In this document: positions 22,924 to 35,200 of the stretch, piece by piece
Numbering within the stretch: position 1 is the stretch's first letter
Layout of the letters: each line of letters starts with the position of its first letter
Assembly: GCF_006345805.1 (NCBI RefSeq)
Contig: NC_043006.1
Coordinates: 25,234,001 to 25,298,000, forward strand
Direction of reading: 5' to 3'
Length of the DNA: 64,000 nucleotides
Source: Octopus sinensis
Taxonomy: Eukaryota
Position numbers and translations under genes: made by a program
Notes under the pieces: model-generated
Database searches by the model: none
Seen by the model: the letters and a program-made list of their open reading frames with translations, nothing else
Told to the model about the DNA's origin: nothing

Positions 22924-24539
22924 AATGTATTTATTTTTATCAAATCTCCCAAACTGGAAATAATAAAATTGAACCCTAAAATGAATACTGTTACTCCTTA
23001 TTTACCGGTTTTTATAATATGAATGATTGTTGAACTATGTCACAAATAGCCACAGCTGTATAAGTGACCTTAACACCAACTGAATAAATATCTTAGTTTT
23101 ACAGTGTATATTGGCCAGTGTATTTTGTCTTTGTTTTTATTCACTTTTAAATGTTGTGATTTACTTTTGTTGTTGTGTTGTAAATAGCCATTTTTCAAAG
23201 TTATAGTTTATAAAATAAAAGACATTTGCAAAAGAAAAATGAGTTGTTCAATTTTTAATTTTTTTCTGGCAGTTTCTACATGATTTTTCAGATATTCCCT
23301 TACAAATGCCATGTAAACTGATGCTCATACACTTACATCTTCAAAATAAATTTAATATTGTTTCTGTTTAGCAGTGGGTGGTCCTCATTGGCTGTAAATT
23401 GAAACAATATTGCATTTTATTTTCAAACGCTGGATGGATGAGACTGGAAACAGAGCAATTCATGCCAGTGGTCTAGTGTAATGCCATGGAGACCATAAAG
23501 GGTGGCCAATGTCAAGCCAGTATAAATGTTTAATCATGCATCAATTAGCCCATCTTTGAATATATTTCGGAGCCAGATCAGGCATTTGGCAAAATCAGCT
23601 CAGGCCAATATTGAGACTTCCTCAAGTTGAACAACCATACATCAGTCCAACCTCATTTTTATATCGGACCGATGTCACCTTGATGACATTGGGCCAATGT
23701 CAACCCAATGTAAGAGACCAAAATCTCACATCGGCCCAATCTCATATTCATATTGGCCCAACATCAGGGAATATGTTGGCCCAATGTTTTACTACGTTGC
23801 AAAATGAAATTGCGCTGAAATCAAACCGACGCAATTTCTGATGTAGGGCTGATATAGGTGACAACATCAGTTTGATATTGGCCCCATATGGTTTTGCTGG
23901 CTGGGATTTCAGGTTGTGGAACGGCAAGTATGGCATTTACCAATGCAACCTTTGGAGATGTGATTGTTGTTTTTGTTTCTTCTGGAAGTCCTGCTTTGTT
24001 GATATTCTCTCTGGCTCTTGTAAGTGGAATGGTGAGTCTGGAGCACTTTAGTATCTACTCTGTGCTGCATTTTTGTACTCAATACAAAATAAGATATCTA
24101 TATTTTTATCTATTATTTACTATTGCAGAAAGGAATTACTGATAGGATATTATAATTGATAACATTGGGCTATTGCACTAAAAGAATTATGAGATTAAGT
24201 TGACCTTTTGGACGTTTACAAGTTATTCACAGGTCAAATCAGATACAGAGGAAAAATCCTTTGTTTTTAGCTTAACCTAGTCTAGTGAGAAGAATATAAA
24301 AATGCAACAGTGAATTAAATCTTCTCTTTGTTAACTTGGTGTTCACCAAGAACCATGTCTATCTTTCTCACTTCAAGTATATCCTGTCATGATGAGCAGG
24401 ACAACACAACTGTTACTCTAACTGCCTTGATTTTATTACCCTGTCTCTCTATTGTAGTCACACGGAAATGAAGCTGACAAAGGACTATAAAATTAGAGGC
24501 AATTGTTTATTGCAACAACAACAATTTTGTACATACATA

Positions 24540-24953
24540 GGCGCAGGAGTGGCTGTGTGGTAAGTAGCTTGCTTACCAACCACATGGTTCCGGGTTCAGT
24601 CCCACTGCGTGGCATCTTGGGCAAGTGTCTTCTACTATAGTCTCGGGCCGACCAAAGCCTTGTGAGTGGATTTGGTAGACGGAAACTGAAAGAAGCCTGT
24701 CGTATATATGTATATATATATGTGTATGCGTGTGTATATGTTTGTGTGTCTGTGTTTGTCTACCCAACATTGCTTGACAACCGATGCTGGTGTGTTCACG
24801 TCCCCGTAACTTAGCAGTTCGGCAAAAGAGACCGATAGGATAAGTACTAGGCTTACAAAGAATAAGTCCTGGGGTCCATTTGCTCGATCGACTAAAGGCG
24901 GTGCCCCAGCATGGCCACAGGCAAATGACTGAAACAAGTAAAAGAGTAAAGAG
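24540..24953 (+). mobile_element. tRNA-derived SINE with internal microsatellite (octopus-type)
   Basis: A box GTGGCTGTGTGG, B box GGTTCAGTCCC, tail GAAACAAGTAAAAGAG; other copies at 38593-38979(-), 61553-61840(+) and partial copies at 47230, 35850, 52370 and 63668. Confidence 0.85.
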
Positions 24954-25431
24954 AGATACAACTCGACGAAGTTGTATCTTCCTTATTGTAACGACTAACA
25001 TAGTATGTTAATTTATGGCAACCTTAACAAGCAATTAATATTGTTCTTCAATAGCTCATTTCTCCAATGCATCATGACATTAAACTTTATCATTGCACAT
25101 GTGTTTCTTTTGTAGCAAGGTATCTGTACCTGCCCCTCTGTCATACTTAAGCCTCCCGACATCTGGCATAAAGCCACCACCCTCTCTACTACAACCCTAT
25201 TCAGACAAACAGTTTTTTTCATCTTGTGACTTGCTTGGTGATCTTGCTAATTCAGTAAATAATTTTTCATAAGTTAGTCCTTACAATTCTGTTAGATTTT
25301 GACCTCATGCCATCCACCATAACAGTTCAATTTTTGTTGGTACATTTTGGTTATCTCACCCCCATTAAAATATTGGGTTTTATGAGAAATATCGGTATTT
25401 TTGGTTATCTCCCTCAACTAAAGAAATTGTT

Positions 25432-26220
25432 GGATCTTTTCCTTTTGAACAGCACTTTGTAACATAATTTCTAGGTAACTAAAAAGTTTTTAACTTCGTA
25501 TACTGGTAGAATGTGTTTATAAAACATCATTTTCTCTAAGCTTTATTGAGAAAATTCTATAGGTTGTAAGATATTTCATCTTTAATTTCGAGCATTTCAG
25601 CAATTTTAACCAATCGCTGACATCCATTTAGGTAAATAACATTCTGTGCATAATGAATATGTCCCTCGTTTAAGAAACAGACTGGGTTTATTTACATTTG
25701 TGAAGAAAAAAAGATACCTTTCCCCAACCCCTAACCCCAACTCTAAAATAGATTGAAATGTAATAGATCGATACTAGGGCCATAATTATGGGTGACATTT
25801 TCATTTGACACCGCTAGAAAAAAATCCCATTTTCCGTAGCAGTGTCGTATGAAATTGTCACCCATAATTATAACCCTAGTATCGATCTATTGCATTTCAA
25901 TCTATTTTAGATTTAGGGTCGGGGGTAGGGGAAGGGTATCTTTTTTCTTCCCAAATGTAAATAAACCCAATCTGTTTCTTAAAGGAGGGACATATTCATT
26001 ATGCACAGAATGTTATTTACCTAAATGGACGTCAGCGATTGGTTAAAATTGCCGAAATGCTTGAAATTAAAGACGAAATATCTTACAACCTATAGAATTT
26101 TCTCAATAAAGCCAAGAAAAAATGATGTTTCATAAACACATTCTACCAGTATACGAAGTTAAAAACTTTTTAGTTACCTAGAAATTATGTTACAAAGTGC
26201 CGTTCAAAAAAAAAAGATCC
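25432..26220. mobile_element. Merlin-like MITE, fully palindromic (foldback) derivative, copy 3
   Basis: GGATCTTTT...AAAAGATCC termini; 8-bp TSD AAATTGTT; 25432-25820 is the reverse complement of about 25845-26220. Confidence 0.9.
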
Positions 26221-27733
26221 AAATTGTTTAACCTTTAATAAAAAATTTTTTTAAGTGAAACGATGAAGCCACGTGTTGAATCTGATAATATTTTTATAAC
26301 AAATCATACAAAACTGAAAAAATTAATAAACACGAAAACTGAAATAATTAAACATCTTACTGAATTTGATGACATTTTTATAACAAATCATACCATGCCT
26401 ACTGAGGAGGCCAAACGTCAACATCGTGTTGAAGTATTGAATCAAAATGATCTAAATCTTTTAATCCAATCTTGTTGCCACATAAACTCAATTTTTTAGA
26501 GGGGGGATAACCCAGTGTTTTAATGGGAAATTTTTAATGGGGATGAAATAACCAAAAAGTACCTTTTTGTTTTTGTTTATTGTAACTGTGTCGTAGAAAT
26601 AAATGAATTGCAATAGATGTGAAAAAAAAATATGGCCTGTCAGATGTCTATTCAAAAGAAAATAATTTCTAGATATCACTTATTAAAAAGAGATATATTA
26701 ACGGTTACACCGTTTTAGACTAAACAGTTGCTGTATCCGGTGCGTGCGTTATCTGTTGTGAGTAAAATAAATACAAATATATTTATTTCATCATTAATTT
26801 AATGTTTGATTTTTTATTATATTTAAAGTTGAAAATTTTATCACTATGTAATTAAGTACTTGAAAAGATGTTATACTTTGATTTAGCACACTTTTTGATA
26901 TAGTTTGATTCGGAAATTTTTCAGTTTTTTATGCTTTAGAATTTTAGGATTAATCGGAATATAAGCGAATAGAATCAAATATAAGATGTATAAACTAGTT
27001 GTTAGAAAATCTGGATTAATGAAATCGATTGCAGGGTATTTTAACGATAGTACAGTTTCGCTTTTAATGACGCTTTATCGGTATTGATAATGAAATGGTA
27101 CAAGATGTAATGTCGAGGACTATTTTACTGAATACAGTTTGGATGACGAAATATTTTTCCATTTTTTTGTAATTAAAATATTTTTATGACTTTAAGCTTC
27201 GTTTTTAAAAAATTAATTTCAAAGATTTGTTTTTTTGCTTGTATAAAGGAACAAAATGTTCTATTAATGTTTATTTGCTCACAGCTGTTCTCTGTGACTG
27301 TACCGTTATTGTGTACATCAGAACTACGTTGTCCATATCTTTGGTGTGTGTGCGCGCGCGTCTTTCCCCTTTTTTTAAAGATAGTAGAGTGTAAGTGGGA
27401 AACATGTGACTGCTGTTTCTTGTAGGTCAGGCAGAGACCTTTTTTCCCCGGTTTATTTTACGTATAATTGCGAAATTGTTTGTTGACAAGCCAAACTGTA
27501 CTAGTCCTGACAATGATATGATAAAAAGACGGCATAATCACAGATTTCTGCCCCTCCATCGGGTGTTTCGGAACAAGTTGTCCATATTTGTTTGATTTTC
27601 TCCGTTTTGTGCGTTTGTGCATCCGTAGATTTCTACTGAAGCAACAAACAGGCAATGAAGGCCAACGAAGCCCTCACCAGAAAACCGGTTATGTTAAAAA
27701 TAACAGCTAAAGGTCTGGTACACAGAAATATAC

Positions 27734-28839
27734 TGTAGCATAGCTGATATCCTTACTGTTTTGAGAGCTATATTAGAAATGATCTTGTGTTAGATAACCA
27801 TCTTCGGCTGTTTTGACCCTGTTGTGTCCACTGCTCTGATTGGTTGACATTGGCGCAGCTTGTCTCTTGATTTATTTTGTGCCAGTGTGTAAGCCAACTA
27901 ATCACAGCCTTCGGATAAGGTCCCATGACACCGTCTTTTTGGGTTCTCACTGGAGCCATTAGCAGGTTATAAAAGGCACCAGCAAATTACTATTTCTCAT
28001 CTTTGGTTCTCACCACTGACCACAGAGCACCCAGCGACTCAAGCATGTTCCAGCAACACGCGTCTTTGGTTCCAGTCCTTTTCAGGACTAACCTCTGACC
28101 ACAGAGCTACTCAGCCATGTTCAAGTGACAGACGACCAGACCAGCCAGCCATGTTCCTGTTCCAGCCAACAATGCAGGACGTCTCCACCACCGACTCTTT
28201 CATCTCGACGACACCTTACTCTGCCACCACCATCACCATCGTTGTCCTTCTACTTCACGACGTCTACATCTCCGTTGCCTCCATCTCCAGCAACACCAAC
28301 ACGTGCACAACAACATTCGCCCAAGTTTAGCTTTCTCGCTGTTGTGATATTCACCTAGATAAACAGCACAACTCTACCTGCAAGAATTCATGTATCAAGA
28401 GACCTTGCACAGCATTGAAGCCCCAACTGCTACACGACATGTGTTCAACTGGCATTCTGCACTTGTGACCCCAACATCCTGTAACAGAACTATTACTATT
28501 GTGTACCTTACTACAAACTAGTAAATTAACTCCATCTTGTCTAAAATACCCTGAGAGACTCTTTTCTTCTATGCTCTTTATTGTTTTCTGCATACACCTT
28601 GTTTGTACTTCTGTCGCACACATGAACACACAGATACAAACACTTGTTGCATGCACACACACTCCGCTTTGCTAGCACCCATACTTTATCCTATTGTACA
28701 CATCTGTAAATAAAGTCTTTCTCTCTCAAACAGTAGAGCGGTTGTCATCCTGCTTATTCTTTTGTTAGGGGCAACTGTGTGGTGTTAAAAAGGAGACATT
28801 TCTGTCACCAACTCCTTACGTACGGTTGTTATCCCTACA
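27734..28839 (+). mobile_element. Solo LTR (~1.1 kb)
   Basis: TGTAG...CTACA ends; near-TSD ATAC/ATGC; TATAAAA near 27968 and AATAAA near 28708. Confidence 0.85.
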
Positions 28840-29171
28840 ATGCTATTAAGACGACTTGGATAGACTTCCACCCTCCCCATTTTCTCCCTCTTGCATACGA
28901 CTTTTTTTTTACTTTAAGTAAATTCCCAGATAAACGTTTCTAATAGAGAGGCAGAAGATGCCAGAAGCAAAAATAAGGAATATACACGCACAGTTAAATA
29001 TAGAAGTTAAAAGTATAATTTGTTACATAATCTCTATAATAAACATGATATTGAATTGAATAATTGGTTAATGTTGACGTTATTACCTGGAAACGAAATC
29101 TAAAAAATAGTGCAACGGGTGTGTAGAACGACCGTGCGAAAGGAGAGGTGACGAATGAATGACTCCTTTAA

Positions 29172-29392
29172 CCCTTTAGCATTTAAACCGGCCATATCCG
29201 GCCAAAAGTATTCTGCCTGTTTTATGTTCAAACTGGCTAGATCTGGTCTCTTACACCAACCCTACAATATCGTTTTAAAAATTAACAGCTACCTCATCAA
29301 AATCTCATAACTACAAGATAATGCCTGATTAGTTCAAAACAATGTGGATGAAAAAGGATTCATTTTGGCAGAATAATGTGAACACAAAAGGG
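29172..29392. mobile_element. piggyBac-like MITE
   Basis: TTAA-CCCTTT...AAAGGG-TTAA; related copies at 47888-48108 and about 63245-63460. Confidence 0.8.
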
Positions 29393-29728
29393 TTAAACAC
29401 CGCATGGTCACCTTACAATAAAAGCCAAAATATGGATAAATGAATAAGAGTGCCAGAAAGGAAAAGAGAGAAGATGACACAACCAAAGAATGTAAGAGAA
29501 AGGTTTTATTTAGATGTTAACATGTGGATAGCAGAGTGTGTGTACGTGTGTGCGTCATAAGTACATATATAATAAGAACAATAATAATAGACAGGCCGTC
29601 ATGCATACAATAATGTGTATGTGTGTACAAACAAGGGTGTATGCGTGTGAGATAAAATACAGAGCATAGAAATGAGTCTATAACAGGATACTAGAAGCTC
29701 AGACACAATGAAGTGTGGGATAAATACC

Positions 29729-29960
29729 TATTTCTTTACTACCCATAAGGAGCTAAACACAGAGAGGACAAATAAGGACAGACAAACGGATTAAATCGAT
29801 TACATCGATCCCAGTGCGCAACTGGTACTTAATTTATCGACCCCGAAAGGATGAAAGGCAAAGTCAACCTCGGCAGAATTTGAACTCAGAATGTAACGGT
29901 AGATGAAATACGGCTACGCATTTCGCCCGGCGTGCTAGCGTTTCTGCCAGCTCACCGCCT
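29729..29960 (-). mobile_element. SINE (second family) with 8-bp TSD
   Basis: Head AGGCGGTGAGCTGGCAGAA, B-box-like GAGTTCAAATTC; TSD TAAATACC at 29721-29728 and 29961-29968. Confidence 0.8.
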
Positions 29961-30552
29961 TAAATACCAGTTTGTATTAAAGTACACAATAGCTGAAGTT
30001 CTGTAGCAAAGAAGTTGAGGCAAACAAGGCAGAGCTGGTTGAACACATGTCGCGTAAGCTGTTGTGGCTGCTATGCTGTGCCAGGTTACTTGGTACAGAA
30101 AGTACTTGCAGGTTGAGCTTACTGTTAACCATGGTGAAGTATTCATAAACAGTGAGAAGTTAAACCTAGGCAAAGTTGCTGTTGGCATCGTTAAGATGAA
30201 GGTGACGATGGTGGAGATGACGTTAAGATGAAGGCGACATAGGTGGAAGTCTGGAAATGCTGTTGGTGTAGTCTGTCGCTGGAACTGGCTGTACTCTGTG
30301 GTCAGTGGTGAGAACCAAAGATGCTCGACTCGATGAATCACTGGGTTTTATAGCAAATTATAGGCTCCAGCAGAGAGTTTAGAAGACTGTGTCACGGGAC
30401 CTTATCAGAAGGTTGCGATTGGCTGGGTTGCATATTGGCACACAATACAGCAAGAGGCAAACTGCGCCAATACCAACCAATCAGTGTAGTGGACACAACT
30501 GGGCCCAAGCGGCCAAAGGTTAGTTATCTGCTACATCCGTATTTATGTTATA

Positions 30553-30930
30553 CACTACCGTCAGAAATTAATTAGCACCCTTGATTTGCTCTTCACTCAA
30601 GGTATGTGCTGTCACCTAGTGGCCATATCTCGAACTATTGCTTTGTTGCGAGTTCACTGTTGCGCAGAACGATGACGTAACTTTGTTTGCAGAGCAGTTT
30701 GAGAGTCTACAGCCTTATGATGTTGACATAGCAGTGCAACAAATTGGAGTGCGGATGCAGACAAATCTTCCTTTGTTTAATAGATATAGGTAGCGCCTCG
30801 CAAGGACCGAAATCACACCATACTAAGTTTTCTCATCGCGTAAGACGTTTTGAACAGCTCATAAGGTTAATTGATTTAACCTATTTAATGTAGAAATTTG
30901 AGAAGTGCTAATTAATTTCTGACGCAAGTG
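30553..30930. mobile_element. Tc1/mariner-type MITE
   Basis: TA-CACTACCGTCAGAAATTTAATTAGCAC ... GTGCTAATTAATTTCTGACGCAAGTG-TA. Confidence 0.8.
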
Positions 30931-32005
30931 TATATGTCAAAGAGAGAGAATTTCACTAAGGGTCCGCTACAGGTGTAAAAAAATGTGTAGAAAACAAATA
31001 TGAAAACAAAAATTTGCAGAAAGCAATGGGAGTGGGAAGGCTTCGGAAAATTCACAAGATCCGAGTTTTCCCCTCATAACTTTTTGGGAAATGGTTTGTT
31101 TTTTTTTAATAAAATTTTATATAAATATCTTTCAAACAGCATATATTACGATTATAATGAAATTTGTGGGTAAAATCTTTTCCGAAGGGGTGGGGAGAGG
31201 ACTTCGGAGAATCACAAGATCCAATTTTTTTCCCTCATAACTATAAGGAAACTGAATATCTTTTAATAAAATTGTATAGATATACCTTTCAAACGGCATA
31301 CACCCGCAAGATCTTCACTAAGGAAAAAAAAACACTGGATTTTTTGCTTGGAGGACTCTTTTTGTCATCATATTGTCTCAAATGTTCATTTAGTCTTTCC
31401 GCAATGCTCCTAGATGTCTCCCCTATGTATTTCATGTTCATATCTTTACAAGCACCTTCTATGCATCCTATGTTGTAGACTACATTAATTTACCTTCTAA
31501 GTCATATTCCTTCTTACTATCTATAAGCACCTGCTAAATATTTGAAATTAATATCAGAGGTAAAAAATATTAAAAAAAGTATCTATATCTAAAATTACAA
31601 TATATGAAAATATTTAAAGTAATACTCATATGTCTAATGCATCTATTCAGTTGGTCATTGCTAGACGTTTTTATAGCACTTATTCATTGCCTGATTTAAT
31701 TTTTAAGAAAAGCTTCAGCTTTGAATTACACAAAAGTTCCCTGTTAGAATATTGGAGCTTACCACATTTTGTATCAACCTTTACATATACAGTTGTTATG
31801 CATTGGATAAATAATCTACCATTCTCTCATTATCTATTTATCCCATTTTAATGAGGGTGTAAGTTAAACTGATTTGTCTTTTCTAGCTAACTTCCTAAAG
31901 CCTGGCATTAATACTTCTTGCCAAGTCTCTTGGTTTAGCTTCGACAGCTTTATTTGATTTACTATATTATTTTGTATGAAATGTACCTTTTCTTTAATCC
32001 AGGCA

Positions 32006-32210
32006 ATGTCAACTGATTATCGAAAACTGACAAAAGGAGAACCTCAGAGTTACTCCAGTTGTCCATTGTATCAAGTAAACCAAGTTAAAGCTAAATTAGT
32101 TGGTTTACAGTTGGCAGCATGTGATCCTTCCATTAATCAGAGCTGCTTCATTGGTACATCTTCATCAGAATTTGTTTTCCAAGAGCTTTATACTGAACCA
32201 TCTGAGTCAG
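32006..32210 (+). CDS. ANKZF1: ANKZF1 coding exon 1
   Basis: ccag acceptor at 32002, ATG at 32006, [22 protein letters not shown]...EPSES, GTAAAT donor. Confidence 0.75.
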
Positions 32211-35200
32211 GTAAATTTAAAATTTCCTTTTATGTATTTGCATTACAAGGTAAATGTTTTGTAATAATCTTCGAGTATTATCCTTATTGTTATCTATAAT
32301 ATCTATAATAATAAATGACAAGTTTGACCTTGATGAAACTTGACATGTGTAGGGGGCTTATGCCCATGAGGTCACTTACGCACTTGGAATTTTTTAAAAA
32401 ATTTAATTTTTAATCAGCATCGATTTTTTTTCAAAAATCACAAAATTTCTGCATTTTTCGCACTAGCCATTGTGACATCGATTTGACAAAAAATGTTTCA
32501 TGGGTATAAACAGACAGCTTATTAACAGTGACATTTTATGCACATACATAAAAATGATGATGACACGGGTTTGCTACCAGACTCTGTTCATTTTTTGTCA
32601 AATTAGTCCTTCTCATTAATATAGATTTGAAATTTGACGAAAAATGTTTCATGGCTGTAAATAGACATCTTATTAACGGTAATTTATTACCGGGTACCTC
32701 AGCTAGTAAAATAATATAGAAGAGGCTGAGATAGATAAGACGATGGAATGTCAAACTAAATTTTTACTCTAGTGTTACCCTATTCAGTTCTGAGTTGACT
32801 TTTAATTCAGTTTCACCAGGAAAACAAGTAAATTGGATCAATTCAGTTGAATTATTTACAGAAACTAATACCTAATTAAAAATGTGTTATTTATGTATCA
32901 TAAAAATCAAATTTTGTAATTTACAATATTTGGTTTCACCTTTTACCTTTCTTGAAAAATGACAGAAAGAATGACAGAATTTCAAGAGTTACTCCAATTG
33001 TCTATTTTATCACACAAATCAAGTGAGAGCTAAATTCGTCGATTTACAGTTTGCAGTCTATGATCTTTTAGAACTTTACATGTTGGTGTTTGGTTATCAA
33101 ACTGCTTTAATATATTTTAAGTAACTTCAAAGGACCCAATAGAAGTATTTAACAAAATAAATGTACTAAGATACTAAAAGTTTTACATTTCTCAAACACT
33201 TCTAATATTATAAATTGCGAATTTTATTTCTTGCAAGACAAATAGGTATTTTTGTTGATTATATGTAAAAAAGGTAATTTTATTTCTAACATAGGAAGTA
33301 CTTTATTTAATTTTAGGAAGGAAATTTTTGGTTAAACTTGTAAGGAAAAAGCTTACAAAGTATTAAAATACTTAACAAATTATCTTCAATTTTCAGATGC
33401 ATCCAGTTTCAAATCTGTTTTGACTGTGGCTAACAGCAGCACCAGTTGTAGCTTGTGCTCATTAAAATTCCAGAATTTGCAAGAGCAGGTACTGCAACAT
33501 GTCATTTAAGTGAAGCTTTATATTTTATAATTGCAATGTATAAGTTAAGAGAATGATTTATAGAAGTATTTAGTTATAAACCTTCTTATTATCTGAACAG
33601 CAGCAGTTTATTGAAATTACATTACTTTGGTACTGACTGAGGAGCTACTATTAAGTAGCTGCTCTAGTTTTTAGCTCAGAACAAACATCTTTCTTTGTCT
33701 TTGAGGACTTAGAAAAGTCCTTTGAAATATTCTGTAGTGTACAGATCACTGAGAATATTAGCTTGTGTAAAAGCTTGTGCGGGCAATGTGAGTTGTATGG
33801 TGAAATTTGTTGGTGATTTGCATGAGGAATTTGATGTTGAACAGAGCATGAGTTTACAACCTTTTCAATATAGTTCATGAAGTGATAAACATAGATAATT
33901 TAAGATTGGATGCACTTAAGAATTTTTATATGCTGACAAATTGGTTCTCATTTCAGAATCTCTTGAAGTGATGTAGAAAATGTTATGAGTGACAAGAATA
34001 ATTTAGTTAACATGGCAAAGATAAAAGTCTTATATTGTGACAGTGAGTACAAATTCTCAGTAGCATTGGAACATTGTCATAGCACAGTATGTGAAATGGG
34101 AATAAGTAGGATCACAATACAGTGTATTCAGTGCTAGTACTTGTGCAGTAGGAACTCTGGAAGCCAGGATTTTTACAAGTGCTAAATAGACATAACCAGT
34201 AGGGACATTAAATAATGTATATGAACTGTCCAGATAGCTTGTTTGTAGAAGTTGTTGTAGTTGATAGTTTCTTCTAGCTAGGGAACTGGTTTACTGCTGG
34301 ACATATTATAGTGAGTGTAAAATAGTTGAAGAAAGGTATGGGGAGTTGTTAGCTTTGTTAGCAACAAAAAGGTTTGTCTCTGTGCCAGATAATATACAAT
34401 GCATACATATATAGTGTCTTGCTGCATGAAAGTAACATAGACATTCAATATAGAAAAGTTATGTCAGCTGAACTAGAACATGTTAAGATGGATTTCTTTA
34501 TTAGCCACACAGGGCTCTGGTTTGTAGAATATATAGTATTAATTTGCATGAAAGACAGGCCAAGTGAGAGAGATGTTAACCCTTTTGTTACTAACCCGGC
34601 TGAAACCGGCTCTGGGTCTAAGTACAAATGTCTTGTTTTCATAAGTTTCGAATTAAAATCTTCCACCAAACCTTAGTCACAATTTATGTTCCTAACACTA
34701 GCTTAATGATAACTAAGTTATTTTACTAAATTCTTTGTTATATTTAAAGTAATTGAAAGAAATACAGAGCATCTCAAAATAAATACAGTAACGAAAGGGT
34801 TAATGGCATTAACTAAAGCATACCATAGAGATGGCTCTACTGATTATGGACATGTGATGTAAATGGATCACATTACTGGGAAAATAAGCTCCATGTTCTG
34901 ACAGTGGAGGGCATGGTTAAAAAAGTGAATCAAGGATGAATTAGCAAGAGGTTATGAGGTTTGATCTAAGAATGTTAATGTGAATCAGAAAGTATGTTGA
35001 TGCACACTATACTGCAGACCTGTGTAATACATATAAACATGGAAAAATATGTTTAAACAAGTTTGCAAGAAACAATGTGCGTGTGTGTAATGGTGGTAAA
35101 ATTGAAATAACAAAAACAAAGGACAAAAAGACAAGATAAAAGCTGTTGTTATTTGTTTCAGGCTTGGATAAAAAAAATAAATAGAAATGTATTTTTAACA

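Larger units (their letters stand above)
20035..23905. mobile_element. 3.9-kb EnSpm/CACTA-like (CCC-ended) DNA transposon remnant
   Basis: TIRs CCCAGC..CAGCATGACCATATTGGGCCGATATC / GATATTGGCCCCATATGGTTTTGCTGGCTGGG; 2-bp TSD AT; subterminal GGCCCAAT/GGCCGAT repeats at 20055-20115 and 23500-23890; splits a Gypsy reading frame. Confidence 0.75.
18641..24080 (-). mobile_element. Gypsy/Ty3 pol fragment B (RNase H plus integrase), interrupted by two insertions
   Basis: Pieces 23906-24080 (AILAVPQPE), 19490-20034 (LTIERDASD..PVAFFSRSL..EREAYAIVE) and 18641-19068 (WERLSIDF, HSDRGTQF, TPYQPQGNDQCER) join in frame once the insertions are removed. Confidence 0.88.
29122..30971 (-). mobile_element. Related solo LTR carrying three nested insertions
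   Basis: TGTAG/CTACA ends; 4-bp TSD GGTG; homologous to 27734-28839; the flanks rejoin to the repeat seen intact at 20820-21000. Confidence 0.85.

Noticed and set aside
22662-22979. 105-aa ORF over the hairpin
   Set aside because: By-product of a GC-rich palindrome with no recognisable domain.
24540-24615. tRNA gene (also 2793, about 38900 and 61553)
   Set aside because: A and B boxes are present but there is no intact cloverleaf, and each continues into a SINE body.
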